From the NCBI GenBank assembly GCA_030704615.1, contig CM060732.1, forward strand, positions 11,718,001-11,782,000: a DNA stretch of 64,000 nt, in the 5' to 3' direction. The notes below the pieces were generated by a model that did not search any database, was not told the origin of the DNA, and was given only the letters and a program-made list of their open reading frames with translations. This DNA is from Takakia lepidozioides (Eukaryota; Plantae; Bryophyta). The position numbers and the translations under genes are program-made. Within the stretch, counting starts at the first letter, position 1, and each line of letters starts with the position of its first letter. Positions 49,225 to 61,297 of the stretch are shown in pieces.

Positions 49225-51991
49225 CTAACGAGTCTGTTGAAGCTCATCAATCTCCATAGCTGTGTACAGACCTGTGTATCGACCTAATCTGTGATCCCAT
49301 GTGAAAGACACCTGCAAATGTGGCCAACGAGCACTATGCTGATACCAACGAAAAGTCATAGCCGATGCTACTATCACTCGAGCAGGATGAGGGATCTTCT
49401 CTGTAGGCTCCATGATGATGCGCTCTGGAAATGAATTCCAAGGATAGAAAATATGCTCACACGCAACCGATCATACCCCCGAATGGTGATCTCAATGTAA
49501 TGGGGGTGGTGCACAGCTGGAGTCAAAGCCAACAATGGACCGAATATACTAGCCCATGTATCACTATCACAAGGTACATCTACATACCCAAAAGATCGAT
49601 AATGACCCTCGAAAAATAAACGCGCGTAAATCTGTCGACCCACCACTATCCTGAAATAGGATGAAACGCACGTGAGGCTGAGGGATGAGTAGGGAAGATG
49701 GCAATGCACTAGCGGCAGTAGTGAACTCACGACTACTGGCCATACGTCTCACAATGGCCTCATCGAAACCCTTCTGTCGTAGGCGAGTCCAAGATGGAAC
49801 TGGAGAGGTGGGAATGACAAAATACTCGCAAAAGTATGTCAACTCAAATGGCACACGACCAAACCACCTCTCATAACTGCGACGTGTGTAAAACATGTCC
49901 ACGATACCTACAAGTTGTACACATACATGACTTCGAATCAGATGCATGGGTGACTTATGTAAATCCAAAAAATGCAACATGTATCATTGCAGAACAAACT
50001 CTATTCAATGTGATACATATTTTTTGCACACGTACGCAGATACTACACATACCACGTATGTTGTCCACATGACAGATAAATCCCTCGGTCGTGTAGTAGA
50101 CCTCCGCTCGTTTCGATCATCGAGCAAGTGGAGGCAACGCCGAATCAATGAAGTCCGGGATCGTACAACCTCTATCTCTGAGATCGCTCAAGGTCATAAA
50201 TCGGCGACCCCAAACGTATGGGACACCAACCTCATCCATCACACACTCTAAAACCTCAGTGACTCGTAACAACCCATCCACCGTGACTCCTCCACCATCA
50301 CGAGCCACATACCGTACATATGAACCTGGATAGAAATATGTCCTTACCCCCTATACTGTAATCGCATGTGCATCAACCCTAGAAAGCGGCGACCCTCAAA
50401 GTATCGAACCCCTCCCGCAACACACAACAACGGTGGAACCACATCGTGAGTGCCACCTACGTATGACGCTCGACGAGACCGCAATGTAGGGGGCGCATCA
50501 ATAGGGATACTCAACAACAACTGCTCCAACTCGTCATACTGAGGGGAAATGAGCATGAACCCTCCAAAGTCATCCGCATAAGCTATCCGTGTGGTGATAA
50601 CAGCATGTGAAGGTTGCTCATAGTAAACTCCCCCAACATAAAAATATGGACTGGCATGGCCACGATCCAATCCTAAAAGCAATAACGAATGAGGAGTGGT
50701 CGCTGGCCAAGAAAGAACCTGGGGTGACTGCACTCGCCTACGCATATCACCATCCATGGCCAAAATCGAAACAGTACGCTGCTCAGGAATGACCCCAATG
50801 CAAGAGCGAATAGGACTATCAACTGTGAACGTATCGTCATGACAATCCGCTTGTGATGGCTGACGTGGATCTAATATGGCTGCATGAATCAGAGGCTCAT
50901 CATGTACTGGCGAATCTGGGCAATGATCCTCATAAAATGGAGATGAGGGTCCTCCATGCAAGTCTGTGAACGCCAATCTATCGTAATCTAGGCATCTCTG
51001 CCCCTCAGTCAAAACCTCTCGCTGTCTCTGTACCTCTTGAGTCTGTATCTCAAGCTCATGTCTCTGTCTCTCGATGTCTCTGTCTCAGACTCTGCAGCTC
51101 AGAACGCTCCCTCAGTATCTCCCGCCTATCTATCTGCACATCGAGTCTGTCTCTCTCAACCTCTCGACTCTGTATAAGCAGTCTTGGCTGAGACACAAGC
51201 AATCGCCTAATGCGATCTCCCTAAATACCGGATGCAGAACTGACTGGCACCTAACGTGTAGAATGAGGTGATGTAGGAATGACTCTCTGTGACATGGAAA
51301 CACTATGCATGATGGAACTACGAGCATCTGCTGTACGTGGGATGCCACGAGGTGGAAGACCTAAAATCAACCTTTGCTGAGGGGTAGATGTGGTGGCCAC
51401 TCTCGTACGACAGCCATATGAATCTGTGTGATGGGCATCAACAACAGCTGTCACGACACCAGGCCGTATGTACCGATGTCGACGTGGTCTACTAACATCA
51501 TGCATGCCCTCGTGAGCCACACGAACACTCAAAGGAGTAGGACTGTGCACGATCTCATGTACAGCTCGAGGTGCACAAGCAGCCGGAGACGAAAGATCAG
51601 GCAAGAGTGCAGAATGCATAATACCCTCTTGTCGTTCTTGCTCATTCTCTCTCTCACGTATCACTCTGTCAGCTTCTCTGTCCACCTGAGCTTGTCTGTC
51701 ACGAGATACCCTATTTATTCCCCAAGCCTCTTCAATCAAGCTATCAATCTTGTCTGGATCGGACAATGACAAAGCGGGTGAGCCAGAGCGGGATCCGGAC
51801 TCTCGCTCGTGCCTCAAGGTCTCTCGTAATGCATGCAAATCCGCACGTGCCCTGCTAAAATCTCTCGAGGGACTAGGCAGATCTGTTGCTTTACCTCTGT
51901 CTCCGATTAAAGCACCTTCATCCACCAAGTTGTCAGCCAAGTTGCAAACAACCCGTTTCATAGGCTCTTGACCCTTCGCCATTTCAATCAC
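49225..51991 (-). pseudogene. Decayed multi-exon gene of unknown function inside the 17.9-kb element
   Basis: Consecutive same-strand ORF pieces (51991-51251, 51012-50344, 50308-50117, 49910-49567, 49730-49374, 49413-49225). There is an acceptor TTGTAG at 51992 and a GT-AG intron at ~50053-49910. No family recognised. Confidence 0.55.
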
Positions 51992-53060
51992 CTACAAATG
52001 TTACACACAAGACACATGATTTGTACATACAAAATACAGAAGACAACAGGCGTGTATATTTTACATGTTCTATTTTTTTTATGTTAATTGCGTAAGTAAC
52101 CAAGATGTCCAAGCCGGGATTTGAACCCGATGCAAGGACTTCCTACACGATGACACAGAGAGAATATGATAACCAGCTTCACCCCTTGAGAAAGAGCTAC
52201 ATAATATCTCTGATTTGGCCCGCAAGCCAGCCATGCAGTGCCACCAACACACTGACGGAGGTACCATCGCTTACAACCATATCTCTTTCATCCGTGCCGC
52301 GTTGTAAGAAGCCACATGCGAAGCCCAACTTGCTTCCAAGGACTTGTTTTTCATTTCAGTGATGGATGAATTGTTATGTAGTCTAAGCAGTTACTTCTCA
52401 CAACGGACACGGGAAACAACTATATCTAGTCATATCATAGTCACCTCTAGTCTCCTACATTTAGAGTCTCCGCCTAGTTGCAAGTCACATGTTTTGGAGA
52501 CTATGATCGAAAAAATTGATCAAATATATTGAACATGAACCTTAGAAATGCAGACGATAACCTCATAAGAAGATCAAACTAAAAGAATTTTCATTGCATG
52601 TGATGTGTACGACAGAGACATACAGCAATGGACGGAAAGCCGACTTCGTCCTTGGGCAGCTTGCAGGTAACTGGGCCTCCAACTTTCTTTCCGGTTCCAC
52701 GACCTGGGGAGAGGGAGGGGGAAGATTAAAAAATCACCAAACAGAAATAAAGAATAGAGGGAGAAAGGAGAGTGACAAGGAGGAAGAGATAGTGGTGAAG
52801 AAGAAAAAAACATCAAGCAAGAAGCCAACGAGTGTAGGGATTTACCTGCTGCGGTGGCAGTGTGCTTGTTGCTTGATTGCCCCCGCCCGCGCACTACCTG
52901 CCAGCCACCAACACACCACCATTCAAGGTCAAAACAGAAGGAAAGAATATAGGAAGAAAAGAGATTGACAAAGAGGCTGATAACAGGGAAAAATAGGCTG
53001 AAATGTATTGAAGAAGGTACCTTACCAGTGCCAGGTTCTATCAATTGTGTTGTTGCCGCT

Positions 53061-53585
53061 ACTGTTTCCAGTTGATCATCTACCCGGGCAGGTTTCTTGT
53101 AGCCACATGGAATTATCATAACAGGGAATTATCATAAGTAATCTTGTGTTGGAAATCTGGCCCTCTTGGATGAATCTGGATCTCTATCCCTGGTCCTTCA
53201 CGTATCCCTGACCGTGTACAAATCATGAATACATCCCTCAGCCTCATTGCTAGCAACTGACACTGATGGCTAAAGTTCTTCCAGCAAACACCCCAACCCT
53301 ACTTATCCACCAACGAGCTAACTTGCCGAATTCAACCTACTGTTTCCAGTTGACCACCTACCCAGGCAGGTTTCTTGTAGCTACTGATCCACAGGGAATT
53401 GTGTTTGAAGTCCGCCCCTCTTGGATGAATCGACCTATATCCCTGGTCCTTCACCTATCCCCGACCGTGCCCAATCATGAATACATCCTTCAGCCTCATT
53501 GCTAGCAGCTGACACTGATGGCGTGCGGTTCTTCCAGCAAACACCCCAACCCTACTTAACCACCAACGAGCTAACTTGCTGAATT
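53061..53585. repeat. Two-copy ~280-bp tandem duplication
   Basis: CTGTTTCCAGTTGA..GCAGGTTTCTTGTAGC..CAGCAAACACCCCAACCCTACTTA starts at 53061 and again at 53340. Confidence 0.85.
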
Positions 53586-53754
53586 AATACTCTAAGAATA
53601 CCATTACAACTCTGATAACATCCCCCATAAGGAACCAGTTGTGGAGTTTCACCCACCTTGTATGTGCAAGTCATCTTGAAGTTGCCATAGCGCTCTTGCA
53701 CAACCACAACAATCTGGTTACAGGAAGTAAGATATATTGTACTCATAAGACGTT

Positions 53755-55190
53755 GTTTGCCGTAGGCTTGTGGCCATTGACCCCGCGCCCAGTTTGAGCG
53801 GGAACAAAAGGGACAGAACCTACCTCTGTCAGGGGCTGACGTTGGTAGTAAGACTTACCTCCATATATAGAATTAATCTGGGTTTTCCAGATATCCTCAT
53901 GAAATCCCTTCACACGAGCATCCATCTACTGTGTGTGATTTGCCCAAAAACTAGGCCTCAGGAGGGCTTGGGTTTTTGGCTCAGCCTCGAGACTTTCAAA
54001 GTTGGTAAACAGGGGTACATGCACAATTCCCTTGATAGATTTGAAGAGAGCATCTCTTTGGTGAGAGAACCCCAGACAGTGTATCAGAAAATGAGTATTG
54101 TCTTCAGATTGCCCACACAACGGGCAATTGCACTCTCCCTTTCCTCTCTGCTTCTGTTTGCTGTTCAAAGGTAGGCTTCCTGCCCCGAGTTACCATTTCA
54201 GTCTAGTGCCGAGAGTGGGTAGACCCTTGAGGTCATCCAAGATGTCCTCCCCCATGTCACTGACTGGAAACAAGTTCAGGGAAGTTTTTTGCCTAACTTC
54301 ATTTTCATCATACAATCTCATGGCAACAGACATGGTTGGACACTACAGCCTCTGAGTCAGATTTATCCAGCAGGGTCAAGACTTGCGGATCCAGGTCCAG
54401 GTCCTTGAGAATCTCTTCTCTACTCTCTTCTGCCAGGACTTAGCCTGTTTGACAGGGCGGTCCTGTTTCCAAGATATAGAGTCGATTAACTTAGGATATC
54501 TGGTGTTGGGCATATGTTGCAGCTGACCCCACCTTCTGACCTTGAATTCATCTCGTCGGGAGCTTAAGGACGGAATGCCAAACTCATCCCGAACAACCAC
54601 ATTGGTTGTTTTGGAGCATGCTGACATACACTCCTTAAGCACCCCCACTTGAATGGATTCTAGAGATTTAGCCTGGTTGGTGTTATCAACCCATATAGCA
54701 GATCCGTACTCCAAGGCAGGTCTAATAACACGACAAAGCATGGTTTTCTTAACCTCAGAGTTGACCCCTCTGCAGTGGAAAAATTTAGTGAGCCCCAGAG
54801 CTTTGCCCTTGCCAGTTTGAACAACTTTCCAGATATGTGCATCCCAATTACAATTGGAGGAAAACTCAACGCCCAGGTAAGTGTAGGAAGGGAGGACAGG
54901 GATCTGTTGGCTACCCCACTGCCACTTAAGATCACTTCCTCCCTCTCCTCTGTCGTTGAATGCTACCACTGCACATTTGCTGACATTAGCCTCTAGCCCC
55001 CAAAGATCAAAGTATCTCTTCGCGCAATCAATCAACTCCTGGAAATTGGTTGGAGTCTCCCCTATGCCTGCGAAGTCATCCGCAAATATAAGGGCTGGTA
55101 TGGTGGTATCACCCACCCTTAACCCAAATCCCTCACTTTCCACATCAACCCTGAGTTGATTGATGTAAACATTGAAGAGCAGAGGGGAGA
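53755..55190 (-). mobile_element. 5'-truncated LINE (RTE-X/L2-like): RT C-terminal half and CCHC finger
   Basis: LSPLLFNVYI, LIFADD, YTYLGV, RPALEYGSAIW and C-terminal CPLCGQSEDNTHFLIHC. Confidence 0.88.
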
Positions 55191-55927
55191 GAGTATGGTG
55201 GCATGTGACTAACTTACAGAATTCCACGTGCATCTCAGGGCCGCGTCTGATGAATCATGAGAGGGCAAAACATGCTGAAATAGGTCGAAGAAGAAGGTGC
55301 CCTCACCACATCGTCCTTGACCTTGTGTCACGACCCATGGAGGATTTGACCGCCCATCAACCCGAAAATAACCTCTTGTGTGTGCTGCTTGTGTCTGTAG
55401 TCAGATAATGTCTGCGAGAACCACCACGGTGCAGTTGAGCAGGTACAGAAACACGGTCTGCTAAGACCAAGCTCTCCCAAGAACCTTGTAAACAGTAGGA
55501 AGAATAACAAATCGTGGTACTAACTGGAGCCAAGACCCAACATTTGTAGGATGGACACACTTCTTCACATCATACATTAAGGAAAACCCCAGACCTGCAG
55601 GCCGCCGCCCGAGTGATGCCATCCTCCCTCGCGTGGCCTTCTCTGCAAAAACACACAACGGCGGGAGAGTGACTTGCTGGCGGGAGGGACTCTCACTCCG
55701 TTGGTCCATGCCAACGGTGAGGCAGGGACCAACGGATGAAGCGAAAATGGTTCATCCCGGCTTTCCAGGAAAGTTTTTGTCTTCTAACATTAAGTTCTTT
55801 TGGACTAACTTGCATTGTTTAATGTGTCCTCTAACCTAAGGTAACCTGCTAAAATTTAGCCTAATCCTAGGCTATCTTAGGCATTACAAAAGGAGAAACT
55901 CTTATCAGTTCTAGAAGGTTATGCCAA

Positions 55928-56295
55928 TTCGGCGGTCGCTCGTTTACGTTTTGTTTTTCAATTTCTTTATTTTTTCTTAAAAAAAAAGTGAAGCGACCGC
56001 CCTATGGCTGTCTCTCTTTTTCGTTTTTTTTTTAAATGAAGCGACCGCCACTACGGCGGTCGCTCTGTTAAGTTTTTCTAAAAAGTGAAGCAACCATCAT
56101 ATGGCGGACGTTCTTTTTTGTTTTTTTTAAATGAAGCGACCGCCAATACGGCGGTCGCTCTTTTAGGTATTTGTTTTAAATGAAACAACCACCATATGGT
56201 GGTCGCTCTTTTTGGTATTTATAAAAGATGATGCGACCGCCCAATAGCGATCGCTCTTTTTTGTTTTTTTTTAAAATGAAGCGACCGCCTATACG
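55928..56295. repeat. Internal array of the same GCGACCGCC palindromes
   Basis: AATGAAGCGACCGCC..GGCGGTCGCTC units like those at 46370-46950. Confidence 0.85.
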
Positions 56296-56397
56296 ACAAC
56301 GACACGATAGTTCCGAAAATTTTGCTACTTATGAACATGAAGCGGCTTCCGCTACGTGATGCTCCAGCCTCCTGGAACAGCTCACACGTGTAGTCGT

Positions 56398-56680
56398 CTA
56401 CCTTGTAAAGTCTTGGCGACCACTGCCTCCACCAAGCGGTTGATGGAGTCTTCGGAAAGCTCCGTGGTCGCCATTGTCATGTTCAACTGTCAGGGTTTCG
56501 GACACTTTTTGGCCATGTGCCTAGTCTCCCCGCAATTAAAGTACACCCCATCAAAGGTCGCCTTCTGCCCGTCATGTGCCGTCGCACCTATTTTTTCTTT
56601 CGGAGCACCGGGTGCCGCCCCTGGCGTGCGAAGGCCCTCCCTTCGATCTCCAATTGCCATTGTCACCGTGTGGCTTATCC
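56398..56680 (-). mobile_element. Fragment of a related chromovirus gag (Zn-knuckle region)
   Basis: Aligns to 40210-40490: GQKATFDGVYFNCGETRHMAKKCPKP versus GQKATFDGVCFNCGEPGHMAKKCTKP. Confidence 0.85.
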
Positions 56681-56682
56681 CA

Positions 56683-59520
56683 ACAGGTCCAGGAGTCATA
56701 CGAGATAAAACGAAATTCATTCGATTGGACAACGGATGGTTGGCCATCTGAATGATTTTTGTTTCCTTTCAAACTTTGTCAGTATGTTCGGTACGTCGTC
56801 TCACAAGTCTCGTACGAGTATGACATCAATCGAAATTCGTTCAATGGCCCAACAGACGGTTGCCCATCCAGATGAGTTGGGTTTGCTTTCAAACTTTGCC
56901 AGTATGTTCAACATACCATAAGACAGGTCCCAGTGTAATATGAGATGAAACGAAATTTGTTTGATGGGCCAACGGATGGATGCCCATCCAAATGATTTTG
57001 GTTCGCTTTGAAACTTCCGCAGCGTCTTCAGTATACCGTCTCACAGGTCCCTAAGTAATATAAGATGAAACGAAATTCGTTCAATGGGCCAACGGCGCGT
57101 TCACCTATCATGAAGTTTTGCTCATTGCGAAAAAGAATGGCGGTCGAATGGTTGACCATCCAAATAATTTTTGTTTGCTTTCAAACTTTGCCACTATGTT
57201 CAACATACCATGTATCAGGTCCCGGACTAATATGAGATGAAACGAAATTCATTCGATGGCTGAACAGATGGTTGCCCATCCAAATGATTTTGGTTCGCTT
57301 TTAGACTTTGCCAGTGTGTTCAATGTACCATCTAAGAAGTCCCAGAGTAATATGAGATGAAACGAAATTCGTCCAATGGACCAACGGAGGGTTGCCCATC
57401 CAAATTATTTTCATTCGTTTCGAAACTTGGCCAGTATGCCCAATGTACCATCTGACAGGTCCCAGAGTATTATGAGATCAATCAAAATTTGTTCAATGGG
57501 CCAATGAGGCGTTCACGTATCATTCAATTTTGTTCATTGCGATAAAGAAATCTTGTTGTGGGTGAACAGATAATGCACCCATTGAACAGATGAGGTTGAG
57601 GCCCATCTTTTGCCCGCATATACTTGAATATGTGTACAATACATGTGCGGTAAAACAAGAGAAGCAACAAACATTTCTCTTCTCAACCACGCCCTCGCCC
57701 ATCCACCAATTTGCAATTAAATTGAGTTTAAATAAATTTCAAGCAAATAAATAGGTTTACACTGTCTTTGATTGGGGTTTCCTGCTACGTAACGATTTTA
57801 TTTTTGGCTCAATCTTGTTGTCTGGCTTCTACCCTCCCGCCGCAACATCCCTGCAAAACTTTGGACCAAACAAAAATGATTTTTTTAAAAAGTGTTCTCT
57901 TCGCTCCCTATTGCTGAACTCTCTATTAATAGTGTATGAAGTAGAAGACAAATCAAGTTTTGAGTGCAAATTAGAGAAGAAACTGTGGTTTTGGGTCCTA
58001 ATGATCTTTGTTTGCTGTGAAATTTGGCACGCACGTTGCATATGCCGTCATTACACATCGCTGAAAAAACGGAATGAAAAAAAAAATCATGTGCACATGA
58101 AATGCCGTCCAACAGGTCCCAGAGTAATAGCAAATCAAACAAAATTCATCCAACGGTTGAACGGATGGTTGCCAATCCAAATCATTTTTGTTTGCTTTCA
58201 AACTTTGTCAGTACGTTCGATATACCCTCTCACAGGTCCCGGACTAATATGAGATCAATCGAAATTCATTCGATGGCTGAACGGATGGTTGCCCATCCGA
58301 ACGATTTTGGTTCGCTTTCAGACTTTGCCAGTGTGCTCAATGTACTATCTAAGAGGTCCCAGAGTAATATGAGATGAAACGAAATTCGTCCAATGGACCA
58401 ACGGATGGTTGCCTATCCAAAGGATTTTCGTTCGCTTCGAGACTTGGCCAGTATGTTCAATGTACCATCTAACAAGTCCTAGAGGAATATGAAGTCAATC
58501 TAAATTTGTTCAATAGGCCAATGAGGCGTTCACATGTCATCCAATTTTGTTCATTGCGAAAAAAAACATCCTGTCATGGGTGAACGACCAATACACCCAT
58601 TGAACGGATGAGGTTGAGGCCCATCTTTTGCTCGCATGTGCTTGAATATGTGTGCAACACATGTGCGGTAAAACAAGAGAAGCAACAAACATTTGCCTCC
58701 CAACCACGCCCTCGCCCTTCCACCAATTTTCAATTAAATTACGTTTAAATGAATTTCAAGCAAATAAATAGGTTTACATTGTCTTTTATTGGGGTTTTCT
58801 GCTACATAACGGTTTTATTTTTTGCTCAATCTTGTTCTCCGGCTTCAACCCTCCCACCGTTACATCCCTACAAAAATTCGGACCAAACAAAAATGAAAAT
58901 TTCTAAAAGTGTTCTCTTCGCTCGCTATTGCTAAACTATCTAAGAAGAGTGCATGAAGTAAAAGACAAATCAAGTTTGGAGTGCAAATTAGGGAAGAAAC
59001 TGTGGTTTTGGGTCTTAATGATTTTTGTTCGCTATGAAATTTGGCACGCACGTTGCATATGCCGTCATTAGACATGGATGAAAAAACAGAATGAAAAAAA
59101 AAAATCATGTGCATCCGAAACGTCGTCCAACAGATCCCAGAGTACTAGCACATCAAACGAAATTCATCCAACAGTTGAACGGATGGTTGCCCATCCAAAT
59201 CATTTTTGTTTGCTTTCAAACTTTGTCAATACGTTTGGTACACCCTCTCACAGGTCCCGGACTAATATGAGATCAATCGAAATTCATTCGATGGCTGAAC
59301 GGATGGTTGCCCGTCCGACTGATTTTGGTTCGCTTTCAGACTTTGCCAATGTGCTCAATGTACTATCTAAGATGTCCCAGAGTAATATGAGATGAAACGG
59401 AATTCGTCCAATGGACCAACGGATGGTTGCCTATCCAAATGATTTTCGTTCGCTTCGAGACTTGGCCAGTATGTTCAATGTACCATCTACAGGTCCCAGA
59501 GTAATATGAAATCAATCAAA
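56683..59520. repeat. Second 120-bp tandem repeat family nested in a ~1.02-kb tandem duplication
   Basis: Unit CAGGTCCCAGAGTAATATGAGATGAAACGAAATTCG..CCAACGGATGGTTGCCCATCCAAATG.. recurs every ~120 bp. 57500-58520 is duplicated as 58520-59520. Confidence 0.9.
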
Positions 59521-61297
59521 ACTATATATTGCTTCGTTAACTTTGTGGGTATGTTCTTCATACGTAGATCGAATTTTCGACATGATTATGAAATACGAGA
59601 CTAGGCGAAATTTTTCAAAAAGACGAGCGTTCGTAACTCGTTATAACTTATTGGTTAACATCCATTTTCCTTGTTGCCCATCTTTCGGAGTTCATTGCAG
59701 ATACCCACATATATGTCATGACCAAATATTACACCATTGTAAATTTGAGGGTGAACCACTTCTTTCACATCACATGAGTGCAAAACCGGAAGAAAACGCG
59801 TTACGCTGTTCATGCAATTGAAATTTCCAGGTGCCGTACATGTGTATTAACAAAATTGGTGCATATACAAAATTGGCGGAGTGTTATTAGTGTGTTCCAG
59901 AAATTCAAGGTACAAGAAAAATCCACATTGTCTATGTACTACGTTGCTACTCATTCGAATCCTCGTCGTCACTGTCCGGGGACAAGAGATGTGATGTTGT
60001 GGCCTGATTTGCACTGCCAATACGGAGAGCCTGGGACCGTGATCTCGTGGTCAATGAAGGGCCCAATGATATGTGATCAATTCTGACCAGCATCCGCTTA
60101 CTTTGTGGCGAAAGTTGACTTTCTTGCAGAATCTCACGACGTGACGAGGGTCAAAGACGTCCGTAATTGCGGCAATGATGCGGTCAATACTGCGATCTGG
60201 CATTGTAAACTCCGCAGACATGTCCACATCGTTTGTTCGAACGTCATTGTGGACAGTGCCTTCATTGTTTCGAGGCGTGTTTTGCAATGTACCCTCCAAC
60301 TCGGCTATGCGCAGTCTGTCATTCCACAAGATCCTGCAGGGTTCGGACTCACTGTTTTGTTTCCACTAGTTCATCATCTAATGTTCCAGATTCTTGTTGC
60401 ACCGGTACCTCGGGCACGCCTAGTATCATAGCCTGGGGTACCGGTGCCTCGCGCACGCCTAGTATCGTAGCCGGGGGTGTTCCAAACGTGTTCGAGATGT
60501 CGACGAAATGGTATTGCATCGTTGCGTTCCTCCTACTAATAGTTTGCCAATTCACTGGACGCAACAGTATCACCTCTACGTACAATATGGCTACTAAGGT
60601 GTACATGATTTAGCCATTTAAGAATGGTTCACCCTACAACGTGCAATGCACCTCAGTCGCCCTATGCTGGAAATGCAAGTTCATGCAAGATCTGGAATCC
60701 CTGCAATTGTTTCTGGTTTGCACCACATGCCTAGGTCTAGGCCACAATTGATTGATGTGACACCATTTCACGAATTTTTTGCCACCTGAACTCTTCCGGA
60801 AAATCCTCCCATCCCTCTTCTGCTAGTATGCTAGGGTCATCATATACTTCCCAATTCAAAGTCATGCCTTGACCATTTGATTTTCTTAGGGGGCAGTCCA
60901 TGTTCATAGGGGTCATCTCTTCCATGACGCTCATCGTCCTGGCCGGCCTCTGTCATTTTGTAACAATTGGAGCAACCCTAAACGACGTTTACTAATAAGT
61001 AACGGAAAGTTAAACACTACTGAAGCAAACGTGGAAATGGCTAAGAATTAAAGAACTGCGATCTCGATCGAAAAATTACAATTGACCCTAAACCCTTAAC
61101 ACGAACGGGTTTGAATAAGTGTCATAATAGTTATTAAAGCTAATTTTGTAGAATGAATTGTTCCCGGAAGCTAGAGGAGGGGCTATATGAGCATTCTACA
61201 ACAGTTTCACAGAAATTGCGGCAAAAAAATCTCCCCCAGCCAATGGTCTGTTTCTCCACGTGACTACGTGTCGTGGAATAGTTACATGTCACGCACA

